A stretch of DNA of 64,000 nt from Coraliomargarita sp. Its GTDB lineage: Bacteria > Verrucomicrobiota > Verrucomicrobiia > Opitutales > Coraliomargaritaceae. Below, one piece after another: positions 32,932 through 42,669 of the stretch; the first letter of the stretch is position 1, and each line of letters begins with the position of its first letter. The position numbers were made by a program, and so were the translations under genes. The notes beneath the pieces were generated by a model. It had not been told where the DNA came from. It was given only the letters and a program-made list of their open reading frames with translations, and made no database searches. The stretch covers positions 2,176,001 to 2,240,000 of the forward strand of contig OZ244160.1 in the NCBI GenBank assembly GCA_965216325.1. The letters are read 5' to 3'.

Positions 32932-33507
32932 ATGGGAGATAAGGCGCTAAGCCGTTTAGCGGGAGGCTTGGATGCGTCGCAGCGTGTGCTATTGGGGCAA
33001 CTGGATGAGCTTCAGGGCGGCTTAGCTGAGTATCGGCTGAAGTTGAATGAGACTTTGAGTGATGCTCACGTGCCTGCTCAGGAATTACAGCTGACTCTTT
33101 CTGCGATTACTGAAAAGATGCAGCGATTTGAGGAAGGATTCTCAAAGTTTTCGCCAGAGCGCATCGGTCAGGGAGTGGATGCCTTGCAGCGTCATACTGA
33201 TCTATTGTTAGGGCGCTCCGAGCAGCAGTTGCGCTTGATGGAGCTTGGTAATGGGGCGCAAGTGCAGGTTGCTGAGAGCACGTGTGCTTTGGACGAGCAA
33301 ATCGAACGCCTGTCGTTAACGCTATCGCGCTTGAATGAGGGGATAGAGAAATCATTTCATCAGCATGCAGAAGCGCGTAATCAGCAGGATGAGAAAATGC
33401 ATGCGATCCTCGACCGGCTTGATCGCTGGACTGAACGAATAAGTCAGGAGGAAGTTCGTAAGCGCTCATGGTGGTGCTTCGGGAGCCCGAATGGGGATGC
33501 GGCATAA
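32932..33507 (+). CDS. Coiled-coil protein (possibly a C-terminal remnant)
   Basis: Heptad-rich helical sequence ending in RSWW. Confidence 0.5.
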   Translation: MGDKALSRLAGGLDASQRVLLGQLDELQGGLAEYRLKLNETLSDAHVPAQELQLTLSAITEKMQRFEEGFSKFSPERIGQGVDALQRHTDLLLGRSEQQLRLMELGNGAQVQVAESTCALDEQIERLSLTLSRLNEGIEKSFHQHAEARNQQDEKMHAILDRLDRWTERISQEEVRKRSWWCFGSPNGDAA

Positions 33508-34247
33508 TTCACGGGAGGCCTATCATTATGAAATGTGGAAATTCGAGTATGCCGTCGATTGTCATGATGTCTCTGGGAGAGATGGGATGGTTGCTGATGG
33601 TCCTTGTTATGGTCGCTCATCATATCAGCTATCAGAAGGCGGCTGTATTGTTTGGTCGTTCTGGAAGCATGGCCCTGAGGGAAATTAAGGGGAGACCTGT
33701 CAGTGAGTGGCCGCGTGATTGGAGCAAGTGGCGCCTGGCGCAGCGCGAGATACGACTTTGGCTGGCGCACCTTCCAATCGAAGAGATCGCGTTGCTCGAC
33801 TTTAACAATGAGGTGTCCGCCTTCCCGAATTCAAGTGGACGTCCTTCTCGTTTGCTTAGAATCCGGGACGACAATCAGGAGATCATTGCTGACCACTATG
33901 GCGCGCTGCTGGATCGATTTGATCGCACTGAGGATATTGAAGGGGCCACCAATACCCGAGCGGCATTGGAAGCGGCGAGGGGATACGAGAATCTCTCTTT
34001 GATCATCCTCTTTACGGACGGTAAATCAATCCACGCTTGGCTTCCTGTGCCTGTTTCGACGTTCGAGAGCTGGCGAAAGGTAACTGATCGGTTGTTGCAC
34101 CCGAAGGGGGGCTTTTTTGGCGTCTTAGGGGCTGATCATGTTGGGCGAGTCCCGTCACAAGGTTTTCGTCTGCCTGGCCACGTCCGTGCCGACACAGGTA
34201 GGTTGCAGCGTCTGCTATATTTTAATCCCGAAAATGTTCGCGGTTAG
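33468..34247 (+). pseudogene. Degenerate TM + VWA-domain gene
   Basis: Hydrophobic helix, then GRSGSM (eroded DxSxS), GATNT..ALEAA, IILFTDG; sequence after TDG looks unrelated. Confidence 0.5.
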
Positions 34248-34469
34248 TCTGATTCTGTAATGTGTAGGGCTATACGTAAGCTGGGTCTTTATTTTTGGGT
34301 GATCGAGGGCATCATTGATGCTCACGACCTAGCTTCTAATTGCTGTAGTTGCAGTTTGCCGCAGCATGATGACTTCTAGCACCTTGTTGCTCTCCCCCTC
34401 ACCCCCTCGCGCGGATTTTGTTGTTTTTAATAGAGCTGAAATTTCGTGACTTCCTACGGTTCAGCATGC

Positions 34470-35018
34470 CTACTTCTTGATCATTCGAACACGAAAAAAC
34501 TTCGCTGCTCCATCCGCATCATAGTCCCCAGGGATCACTCGAACCCATGTCTCAAGATCCGTGCTGGCTTCCATAAATACCTCAAAAGTGGCATTGGGAT
34601 CGTCGTCAGGAACCATGATCGAGCCCTCGGGCGAGTCAGCTCTAGTGACTTTGAAGAGTGCGATGAATTTTGTGGGGTATACAGTGGAATCGTAATGCTT
34701 CTGATTGGTCAGGCAAATAGTAGAGGGGCCTATGAATTTAGAGTGTGCAAGATGGGGGGAGGATTCGGATGGTGCTGGTGCTAAGTGATTGATAAGTGTA
34801 GCACCATTGTAAGTTATCTGGAGACCACATTCTGAGTTAGTGCCGCTATAAGATAATAATTCCGCGAAATCGCCCTCTGCTAGTGTAATTGTTGCAGAGT
34901 TTTCTACGACGCCAGATGCTTGGTCTCCCTTCAGGAGCAATTGTATATGCTCTGCCTTCAGAAAGGATGGGAGTAGGAGTGCCGTTAGTAATACGATTAG
35001 AATTTTTCGCTGTTTCAT
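34470..35018 (-). CDS. Secreted protein with verrucomicrobial-type C-terminal motif
   Basis: Signal peptide; ends VFMEASTDLETW...AKFFRVRMIKK. Confidence 0.7.
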   Translation of the reverse strand: MKQRKILIVLLTALLLPSFLKAEHIQLLLKGDQASGVVENSATITLAEGDFAELLSYSGTNSECGLQITYNGATLINHLAPAPSESSPHLAHSKFIGPSTICLTNQKHYDSTVYPTKFIALFKVTRADSPEGSIMVPDDDPNATFEVFMEASTDLETWVRVIPGDYDADGAAKFFRVRMIKK

Positions 35019-35824
35019 AACGGAGTAAGGTAAGGAAAGTAATTGTGGGGTAAAGGCTCTTTGTGCTTATGGTGTGAACCTACTGGCTGGTATAACAAAA
35101 GTTTATGTTGGACTCGGGTCCTCCTGACTCTCTCGGGGCGCGAGTTCCCCCATGCCCCCCCCCCCCATGTCTAGAAATGCAAAAAGGTTACCGAGTCCTT
35201 CACGGTTCGCTGGAACAGCTGGCCCTGCGGCCCACCTGCTCACATTGAATCGAGCTTCGTAGGGCTCGATTCAATGTCGCGAACCTCAAGAACTCGCGAC
35301 CGATTCTCAACAGGCTGCCGCCCGTAAGGTCTTGGCTGGCATTGATCCGAAGACGCTGCCGCGTTGCGACACCGACTTCTACGCTTCGGGCGTATTGGGC
35401 CGCCTGAGTGCGGCTTTTCGCCCCGTTGTTTCGTTGGTCGCCCCCATGGGCTCCCGTTGAAACAACCGCGCTCCTGCGCCGCTGAGTCACCTCGCTTCGC
35501 TCGCAGCAATCCGAGCCTAGCGTTCCGCAGCGACAGGGCAGGGGATCATCGGTCCGGGACCCGAAGCCTCGCGCACAATGTTGGATTATGCCGAATGGAG
35601 CTGCGAGCACTCGCTCACGGCTGCGCCTTATTGCGACATAATCAGACATTGTGCGCTACGTTTCCCCGTCCCTCTGCTCCCGCGCCCTGTCACAGCTCCA
35701 CGCCCCCGTTGCGGCGGCCTAGCCCCGCCGCTTCTTGTTCGAGAGCTCGTTCGCGTTAGCAAAGTATCCGTGTTAAAAAAAAAAGACTATTGCGTTTCAG
35801 ATAGTAGTGAATATCTATTTTTAA

Positions 35825-36844
35825 ATGAGCGATTTAATCGTGAGGATCCTGCGTTTCGGTGCTTTAGTTTTAGTCCTACATCAGCTCCCACTGTTGGGAC
35901 GTTCAGCTGATGTTTCAACTCAGCTGATACAAACGTATAAGTATGTTCTCACTCAGGATGCACTGTTAGATGCATTCGTAGATAAGCATTCCGACTTGGC
36001 TTTGCGGAGCCGTGCTGCTCAAGCGCGCTTTCACCAATCATCGCTAGGTCGAGGATATCTGGGTGTTCTTGAGGCTCTTGATGATCTGTGTGGAGGTAGG
36101 TCTGATGAATATATGGCTCCGATGAAGCAGCGTTTAGAGGAGCAGATTCAAAAAACGAACTTTTCACTCTCGTATGCAGAAGCGTTGGTTGAGCAGGTCT
36201 ATCAGCTTGATATTTCAAGCGTGGATCAATTTGCGGTTACCATACCGGCTGAAGAGGTCTTAGCTACCCTTTTGCTATATAGTCCCGATTATAAATCTAA
36301 TACATTAAAAGAGTATCTAGATGGTTGGGCCCATTCATACTCATCAAAGGGGAATCTTAAGGCGAAGGGGGCGAAATTTCAGATTCTATTTCCTGCAAGT
36401 TGGAAGGTCGAGGTGAACACGGATACTCCTAATGTTGTCTGTGTAGCAACTAATGAGTTTGGTGAAGGTTTTGTTAGTTGCAATATTTTGGTATTTGACG
36501 TCGGTAGCGGCGTGTCCGAGGCGAAAATGAGGGAGATGTTTGATGAAAAAGTCCTATGGGATACCGCTCAATCACTGGGTCGAGCTGTCGAGGCGAAATC
36601 AATTACCATGGTGGGCAGACCGGCTGGACTAATTGTCGTCGATGCAAAGCAGCAGATTATTGATGAGACTGTATCTATTAGAATGTCTCGCTTTGCTGTG
36701 GTTCTTGGTGATCAATTCATTGCTTTAGATTTTATGGAATCTTCTGTTTCAGGAGTCGATACCTACTCTGATCAGGAGCACTCTGACAACCACGAGCTAT
36801 TTAAACTTATTGCTGGTAGCTTAGTGAGTTTAAAGGATTTCTAG
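35825..36844 (+). CDS. Hypothetical exported protein
   Basis: Signal-like N-terminus; FQILFPASW suggests a PsbP-like C-terminal fold (weak). Confidence 0.6.
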   Translation: MSDLIVRILRFGALVLVLHQLPLLGRSADVSTQLIQTYKYVLTQDALLDAFVDKHSDLALRSRAAQARFHQSSLGRGYLGVLEALDDLCGGRSDEYMAPMKQRLEEQIQKTNFSLSYAEALVEQVYQLDISSVDQFAVTIPAEEVLATLLLYSPDYKSNTLKEYLDGWAHSYSSKGNLKAKGAKFQILFPASWKVEVNTDTPNVVCVATNEFGEGFVSCNILVFDVGSGVSEAKMREMFDEKVLWDTAQSLGRAVEAKSITMVGRPAGLIVVDAKQQIIDETVSIRMSRFAVVLGDQFIALDFMESSVSGVDTYSDQEHSDNHELFKLIAGSLVSLKDF

Positions 36845-36847
36845 GTT

Positions 36848-37339
36848 GTGGATATGGAGGATAAGGAAATCAGGTATTTAGTCAGGCTTAAAGAAAGCAG
36901 TGTGGTGCTTGGAGAGCGTTTTACAAAGGATGAAGTTGATAGTATTCGTGCCGCAACAAATGGCGCCATTGACGTAGAGCCATGCTCTTCTTCGGTTTGT
37001 GCGGTCGCTTCCGATGTGGACGGGTGGGATGTTGATTCTGAGTGTTCTGAAGATGATGTTACTTTGGCGGAGAGTATTGGGCAAATATTTGGAGAGAAAG
37101 AAAAACCTCTCGACGATGGCAAGCTCTCTAGTCGGGGTTGTGTGGATACTCCGCGAAATGCTAAACCTATAAAGATTGTTATAGCTCTAGTTTTCGGTAT
37201 CCCCTTGCTTTTTGTATTTAAGCTGGTCTTCGAGGAAGTATTGTTTCCGGCTCTTGCAGAACTAATCTGGGTTGGCGTTCCAGTCGTCTGTTTTACCTTT
37301 GCGGTTTTTTACGCATTTGACTGGATCAATAAGCGCTAA
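36848..37339 (+). CDS. Hypothetical membrane protein
   Basis: Acidic N-terminus, two C-terminal TMs; abuts upstream gene. Confidence 0.5.
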   Translation: MDMEDKEIRYLVRLKESSVVLGERFTKDEVDSIRAATNGAIDVEPCSSSVCAVASDVDGWDVDSECSEDDVTLAESIGQIFGEKEKPLDDGKLSSRGCVDTPRNAKPIKIVIALVFGIPLLFVFKLVFEEVLFPALAELIWVGVPVVCFTFAVFYAFDWINKR

Positions 37340-37402
37340 TTATGCGGCATTTTCTTGTTGTTGTCGTTGGCCCGCGATGTTGCTCGATCTAGTGCTGCCG
37401 TT

Positions 37403-37975
37403 CTATTTTGCATTCCAGTCGATTTTGGGTGCATCAGTATTGTCAATTAAGTTTGCTAATCGATCGCCTGAGATTTCGTTCAGCCTATTGTCTGGCGCAC
37501 CCCACTTGAAACCAGCTTCGATTTCGACTGCTTCCTTAGCTTCTTGGGCGGTTCGATACCGACACGAGCCGCCGTATTCTACGTTGTCCACGAAGTAAAT
37601 GCCGCTGTAGCATCTTAGCTCAAAAGTAGAAGTGCTTGAGTAGCTGGTCAGATACTCGATTTCATGGCTGTCGATGTAATCTCCTTCATTCGCCATTAGC
37701 TCCAGAAGGTCGTCGACAAGGTATTGCATGGATTCGCATTCCAGTGGGTTCTCTTTAGTCAGCTCCGCTCGAACTTGTTCGACACTTCCCATCCTTTTGT
37801 TTGCGAGCTTTTCAAATTTCTCATCGTTGAGAAGTAACTCAATGCACTCTTCTTCGTGTAATGCTCTGGGTGCTTCTTTCGGCATTGTCACAGTGTTTCC
37901 ATTCAGGATGGTTGGGCAATCAATATCTTTGTCATAGACTATGACACAAAAACTGCTCGACTCATCTATCCGCAT
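37403..37975 (-). CDS. Hypothetical protein
   Basis: Acidic 190-aa ORF; start taken at MRIDESS. Confidence 0.5.
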   Translation of the reverse strand: MRIDESSSFCVIVYDKDIDCPTILNGNTVTMPKEAPRALHEEECIELLLNDEKFEKLANKRMGSVEQVRAELTKENPLECESMQYLVDDLLELMANEGDYIDSHEIEYLTSYSSTSTFELRCYSGIYFVDNVEYGGSCRYRTAQEAKEAVEIEAGFKWGAPDNRLNEISGDRLANLIDNTDAPKIDWNAK

Positions 37976-38185
37976 CGTTTTGCATGCCGATAGTTCTTTT
38001 TTTAACTCCTTGTCGTAAAACGAATCACTAGATGTGTCCCCCCAACGGGATAACGCCAACCGGGCTTCGAGAGTCGCCACGGTGGTCCAGAGATTCGCTC
38101 GTCTGACAAACCTGAATCCAAGCACTCTCCCGCACGTAGATCGTTCCCCGCGGGGTCGATCTTTTTTTGTGCCCGGGAGGAGTGC

Positions 38186-38446
38186 GTGAACCAAGTAACA
38201 CGCACACAAATGACCATAAAGAAAAACCAACACGCTTCGGTGCGGATCTGGGCACAAAACCCAGACCATCACCTGTATAATAATAACGGAACCTGGTGGA
38301 TACACTACACCGCGTATCCAACCGCCAGCACAAGCAAGCGGATCCGCCGTTCGCTGGCCACACGCGACATTCTAGTTGCTAGGGAACGACGCGACGCTTT
38401 TCTCGCCCAGCTTTTCTTTGAGCAAGCAAAGGGGGTGGCTGCATGA
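38186..38446 (+). CDS. Small basic protein resembling integrase arm-binding/DUF6538-like domain
   Basis: NPDHHLYNNNGTWWIHYT...KRIRRSLATRD..VARERRD; alternative ATG at 38210; ends KGVAA as in phage early genes. Confidence 0.65.
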   Translation: MNQVTRTQMTIKKNQHASVRIWAQNPDHHLYNNNGTWWIHYTAYPTASTSKRIRRSLATRDILVARERRDAFLAQLFFEQAKGVAA

Positions 38447-39120
38447 GCAAGGATATCTACCACTTCGAGACTGCTGAATCTCCGGAGGCAGGGCATAGCC
38501 TAAAAGAAAAGGTGACAGCAGTTTATAAACTGGCGGGCTTTATTGAGCGACGTTTTCGCAATGCGCCCAATGGCTCAAAGGAGCCCTATTGGGCCTATGT
38601 CGAGCGCGGAGGTAAAGAAACGGGTATTGAAAGCCATGAGTCTTCGGAGGCCCTTGAATCATTACTCTCCGGTGAATTTCCGGAAAAATCTGAAGTGAAC
38701 AGGATCGGATCCACTCAGCGTCTCTTCATCGGATTGCATCGTCCGAATGGAAGCTCCGTAGATCGAGAAGCGGTTCTCAAGATTCTTGCCAGTAAACTGC
38801 AGGCATTTACCGTATCGGATGTTCTTGGTTATTATCAGGGTGCGCCGGAGCCCACTCTAGTCATAGAGGTTGCCCAAAATGGACCTGCGAACTTGGAGTG
38901 TCTGGCCCGTGATATCGCTGACGCCTTTGATCAAGACGCAGTGGGATTAGAAAAAGACGGTGTCTATTCCCGTGTGTTCGGTGAGAGGTCGCGGAAGCAT
39001 GTAAAATTGGTGGCCGAGGATAGAAATAAACTAAATCAGTTTACTCAAGCACTGAACCAAGGCGAAGAGTTCGACGAACTCGATGCTGAGTTACAAGCAT
39101 GGTGGTTGAGCCGTTATTGA
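38443..39120 (+). CDS. Protein with DUF3574-like C-terminal domain
   Basis: RLFIGL.RPNG..V...FTV.D..G.YQG..EPTLVIEV...IA.AFDQDAV; ATGA-coupled. Confidence 0.55.
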   Translation: MSKDIYHFETAESPEAGHSLKEKVTAVYKLAGFIERRFRNAPNGSKEPYWAYVERGGKETGIESHESSEALESLLSGEFPEKSEVNRIGSTQRLFIGLHRPNGSSVDREAVLKILASKLQAFTVSDVLGYYQGAPEPTLVIEVAQNGPANLECLARDIADAFDQDAVGLEKDGVYSRVFGERSRKHVKLVAEDRNKLNQFTQALNQGEEFDELDAELQAWWLSRY

Positions 39121-39129
39121 GGAGGGGAA

Positions 39130-39630
39130 ATGGATAGCAGATACCAAGGTTTAAATAGCTACGAAATCGGGTCTAAAATAACCATAGAGTTCGAGCAGGA
39201 ATATCCGAATCCGCCTGACTCGCTCCCACCTGAAGACGTTGAAAGACTTAATCTCAGGCACTGTGTAACTACTGATAAGTTTTGGCGTATGTTCTCTGGT
39301 AGTAGTTCGGATATTCTGTCGTATGAGAACGGGATCGTTGAGATTGAAATTACGACTTCCAGTAAAGTCATAAGGGCAGAGGGGAAGCCTAAGTGGACCT
39401 TACACAATCAAATCAAGTCTTGGGGACAAGAGCGCCTGCTTTCAAAGGCGAGTGGCTATGTTGCGCACATTATGCTCAGAGAGAAGGCTCTAGGATTCGC
39501 TTTTTCGCAAAGCGAATTAAAGGATCTGGGGCTCCAACAGATCATTGATGAAATTAAAGAACCTGATCCCGATATCAAGGTGCTTCAATGGCAGGGCTTA
39601 TTTGACGAGTTGCCAGGTGGAGCGCGATAA
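39130..39630 (+). CDS. Hypothetical protein
   Basis: Strong GGAGG RBS, operon position. Confidence 0.6.
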   Translation: MDSRYQGLNSYEIGSKITIEFEQEYPNPPDSLPPEDVERLNLRHCVTTDKFWRMFSGSSSDILSYENGIVEIEITTSSKVIRAEGKPKWTLHNQIKSWGQERLLSKASGYVAHIMLREKALGFAFSQSELKDLGLQQIIDEIKEPDPDIKVLQWQGLFDELPGGAR

Positions 39631-39643
39631 CTATTAATGTGGG

Positions 39644-40027
39644 ATGATGAATCCTGTTTGCAGTAATTTACTTTACCTTGGATCGGCAAATGAAAACCTA
39701 TTCGTTATGAGGGAATTTAACTATCATGTTTGGTTTAAGACACGTAGTAAAGATGAAGTGAGCCGACTTCACCTTGAGCAGTCAAACCGGTTAGAGAAAA
39801 GAAAATCTAAAATCCTCGTCTCGTCATGTCTCTGCATTGGGCTGGTCGTTATTTGCACTATTCTTATGGAGCAAAGTAATGGTCAGCTTGCCGGTGTATT
39901 TGGTGTGCTAACAATCGCTGCATATTTTGCAGGTTATTTCTACTGTAAGACACTGTGGGATATTGAGAGGAATCGTGCTGAGTATTTTGAGGCTTTGCGT
40001 GGGTTCGAGGATGGCGAGCAAATCTAA
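39644..40027 (+). CDS. Hypothetical 2-TM membrane protein
   Basis: Two hydrophobic helices. Confidence 0.55.
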   Translation: MMNPVCSNLLYLGSANENLFVMREFNYHVWFKTRSKDEVSRLHLEQSNRLEKRKSKILVSSCLCIGLVVICTILMEQSNGQLAGVFGVLTIAAYFAGYFYCKTLWDIERNRAEYFEALRGFEDGEQI

Positions 40028-40037
40028 GTTTCAGGAA

Positions 40038-40253
40038 CTATATGCTGTATTCTGAAAGCCGGTTTTCTACGTATAGATCTAGATCTTTGCGCCGCAATAT
40101 TATGCGACCGCCTAGCTTGGCGAAGCGTATGTTACGCTCTGCGATTTGGTTCCTGAGAAATCGCTCTGAGATTGTTAAGTAGGCTGCAGCTTCAGTTACA
40201 TTCATGTAGACTGGCGGCAGGGCCCGTAATTCAGAGGGGTTATTCGTTTTCAT
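40038..40253 (-). CDS. Excisionase / HTH_17 DNA-binding protein
   Basis: YMNVTEAAAYL.ISERFLR..I....IRFAKLGGRIILRRKDLD; overlaps the integrase stop. Confidence 0.88.
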   Translation of the reverse strand: MKTNNPSELRALPPVYMNVTEAAAYLTISERFLRNQIAERNIRFAKLGGRIILRRKDLDLYVENRLSEYSI

Positions 40254-41523
40254 CAGACGTTTCGAGGATGATATAGCGCCCGTCCTTCTTTTCCATTGCT
40301 GGCAATTTCTCGCTTTCAGGCACAATTCCCCAGAAGGTGTCCGCCTCTTCGACGCTCTTGAGGTCGAGGTAGTGTTTGCGGATAACCGCTTCGGAGTTGC
40401 CAGCCTGCAGCGCGGCATCTCCGACGGAGCGGAAGGCGCCTACTGTCATCGAAATGAATGTGTGACGCATCACGTCATGTGTCAGCTTTCGTTGCTCGCG
40501 AACATCGGCCCACATGTCGCGGAAGCGACGTGGCGGGATGATCGGATATTCGTCGAGTGGATACTTTTTGAGCCATTCGATTAGATTAGGCTGCATTTTG
40601 ATCGTGCGCTTCTCGTTCACCTTCGAGGCCTCGGGCTCAATGAGGATCACTTCGGTATCGAAGCGGAAATCCTTCGCCTTGAGCTTTTTAATTTCGCCAT
40701 CTTTCCAGTCCGGGCGGATGCCGGCAAACAATGTTAGCGCGTAGTAGGGAACCATGCAGCCGGGCTTGCCCCAATAAGTGCCGTCCTTGTTTTGTGGGCC
40801 TTGGTAAGTTTCGAGCCACTTCATGAAGTCGGCAGTCTCTTGGGCGCTGAGCGTGTCGGCGGTGCCGCGCGCTTGTTTCACTCGGAACTTGGGCACCTCG
40901 AGGATGATATCCGAGGCCACATACTTCTTAGAGAGGCAGAATTTGAAGAAGGTGCTCAAGTAACCTCTGCGATTGTTCCAAGTCTTGAGTGAAGGCACAG
41001 CCTTCGATCGACCGAGTGGAGAATCCAGATAGGTTTTGATTTCGTCGGCCTGAATTTCGCCAACGATGCGCTCTGTGAAGTAGCCTTTGAGCTTCTTCAT
41101 CTCAATCCGGATCGCACGTTCCTGTCGGCTGGAGATCAGCCCGCGCTCACATTCCTTCGATTTCTCGTTGATGTATTCGGTGACCGCCGCGTCGACGGTC
41201 ATCGTCTCGGCTGCCTCTTTGTAGTGCTCAAGGAAATATCTCACCGCAAAGGTGAGCGACTTCGAGAGCCCGGAATTTTTGAGGAGCGCCGTGGCCGCAA
41301 TCGCGTCACGGTTCTGATCATGGGTGAGGGTGGTCCAGACGGTCTGACCTTCGGACTCGCCATTGAGGTGCTCAATTTCGAGGCCTTGACGTTCGGACAC
41401 CGCCTCGGCACGTGTCGCGAAATTTTTGCGGATACGCTTACCATTAAGCGTGCCCGAAAGCCGCCAGACTTCCTGGCCGCTTGGGTTGGTGAACTTGGAG
41501 AGTTTGAATCGATGATTTGCCAT
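40240..41523 (-). CDS. Tyrosine integrase (intact)
   Basis: GIRP (Arg), EASKV (Lys), HDVMRHT (HxxR), AGNS, KHYL (Tyr); adjacent to att in tmRNA. Confidence 0.92.
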   Translation of the reverse strand: MANHRFKLSKFTNPSGQEVWRLSGTLNGKRIRKNFATRAEAVSERQGLEIEHLNGESEGQTVWTTLTHDQNRDAIAATALLKNSGLSKSLTFAVRYFLEHYKEAAETMTVDAAVTEYINEKSKECERGLISSRQERAIRIEMKKLKGYFTERIVGEIQADEIKTYLDSPLGRSKAVPSLKTWNNRRGYLSTFFKFCLSKKYVASDIILEVPKFRVKQARGTADTLSAQETADFMKWLETYQGPQNKDGTYWGKPGCMVPYYALTLFAGIRPDWKDGEIKKLKAKDFRFDTEVILIEPEASKVNEKRTIKMQPNLIEWLKKYPLDEYPIIPPRRFRDMWADVREQRKLTHDVMRHTFISMTVGAFRSVGDAALQAGNSEAVIRKHYLDLKSVEEADTFWGIVPESEKLPAMEKKDGRYIILETSDENE

Positions 41524-41574
41524 GCTGTATTTGAGATTTGCCAATTAGTATTGGCAAATCGTGGCAAATGTCGA

Positions 41575-41928
<354 letters not shown>

Positions 41929-42085
41929 GTTGGAAATTCTGAAATGCTGAAAGGTGAAACCTGATAGCGCCGATTTCGCGGAATGCCGGAAAGAACTCGT
42001 TTTGTCATTACAGAGGTTCTTTCAAAGAGCGTCGTCTACTCTCTGACTTGAGGCTCTCGGCTGCAAGCAAATCTTATGGGTGTTT

Positions 42086-42544
42086 TTAGCCCCAGTCCTC
42101 CATGCGGAAGAGGTAGATGAGGCCTGTGCCGCTCACTGCGACGCGTATCTTGCCATCGCTGATGTTGCCGTCGTCAATCATTTGGTCTAGCTGCACGGCT
42201 TGCTCTGCAGTGAACTTTAAGTTGTAGACGTAAATATAGGTGTAGCGGCTGGAGTTGATGTAAAACCAGCTGTAGTTGCCGTTGAGCCAAGCTTTGGGGA
42301 GGTATTCGGCAACTAGCTCTGGCACACGTGAGTAAGTCATCGTGTTGGGGTAGGCGCCGCTTTCTGTGCTGTAGAATTCAACAGCTTCCCCGAATTTCTT
42401 GAGGTCGTTTGCGGTGACGGTCGCTTTGGCTCTATCTGTTGCGTAGCGTATGCTCGGCATGCTCATGAGTGCGAGAATGCCGATTACGCCAACGACGACC
42501 ATTATCTCGAGGATGGTAAAGCCGGACTGGGTCTTGGACTTCAT
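42086..42544 (-). CDS. Type IV pilin / pseudopilin-like protein
   Basis: SG|FTILEIMVVVGVIGILA prepilin cleavage motif. Confidence 0.88.
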   Translation of the reverse strand: MKSKTQSGFTILEIMVVVGVIGILALMSMPSIRYATDRAKATVTANDLKKFGEAVEFYSTESGAYPNTMTYSRVPELVAEYLPKAWLNGNYSWFYINSSRYTYIYVYNLKFTAEQAVQLDQMIDDGNISDGKIRVAVSGTGLIYLFRMEDWG

Positions 42545-42669
42545 GATTTTTTAGGGTTTACGGCCCATTTCCTGTGGAATGCTCTCAGACCAATGTAAGG
42601 AAGTCAATAGAGTGTATTATGCGAAGGGACTTGCTGATTTGCAAGGATTTTACATTTGAAGTGGTTTGG

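Noticed and set aside
35200..35910. Several 89-149 aa ORFs
   Set aside because: Low-complexity Arg/Pro/Ser translations of a GC-rich palindromic region
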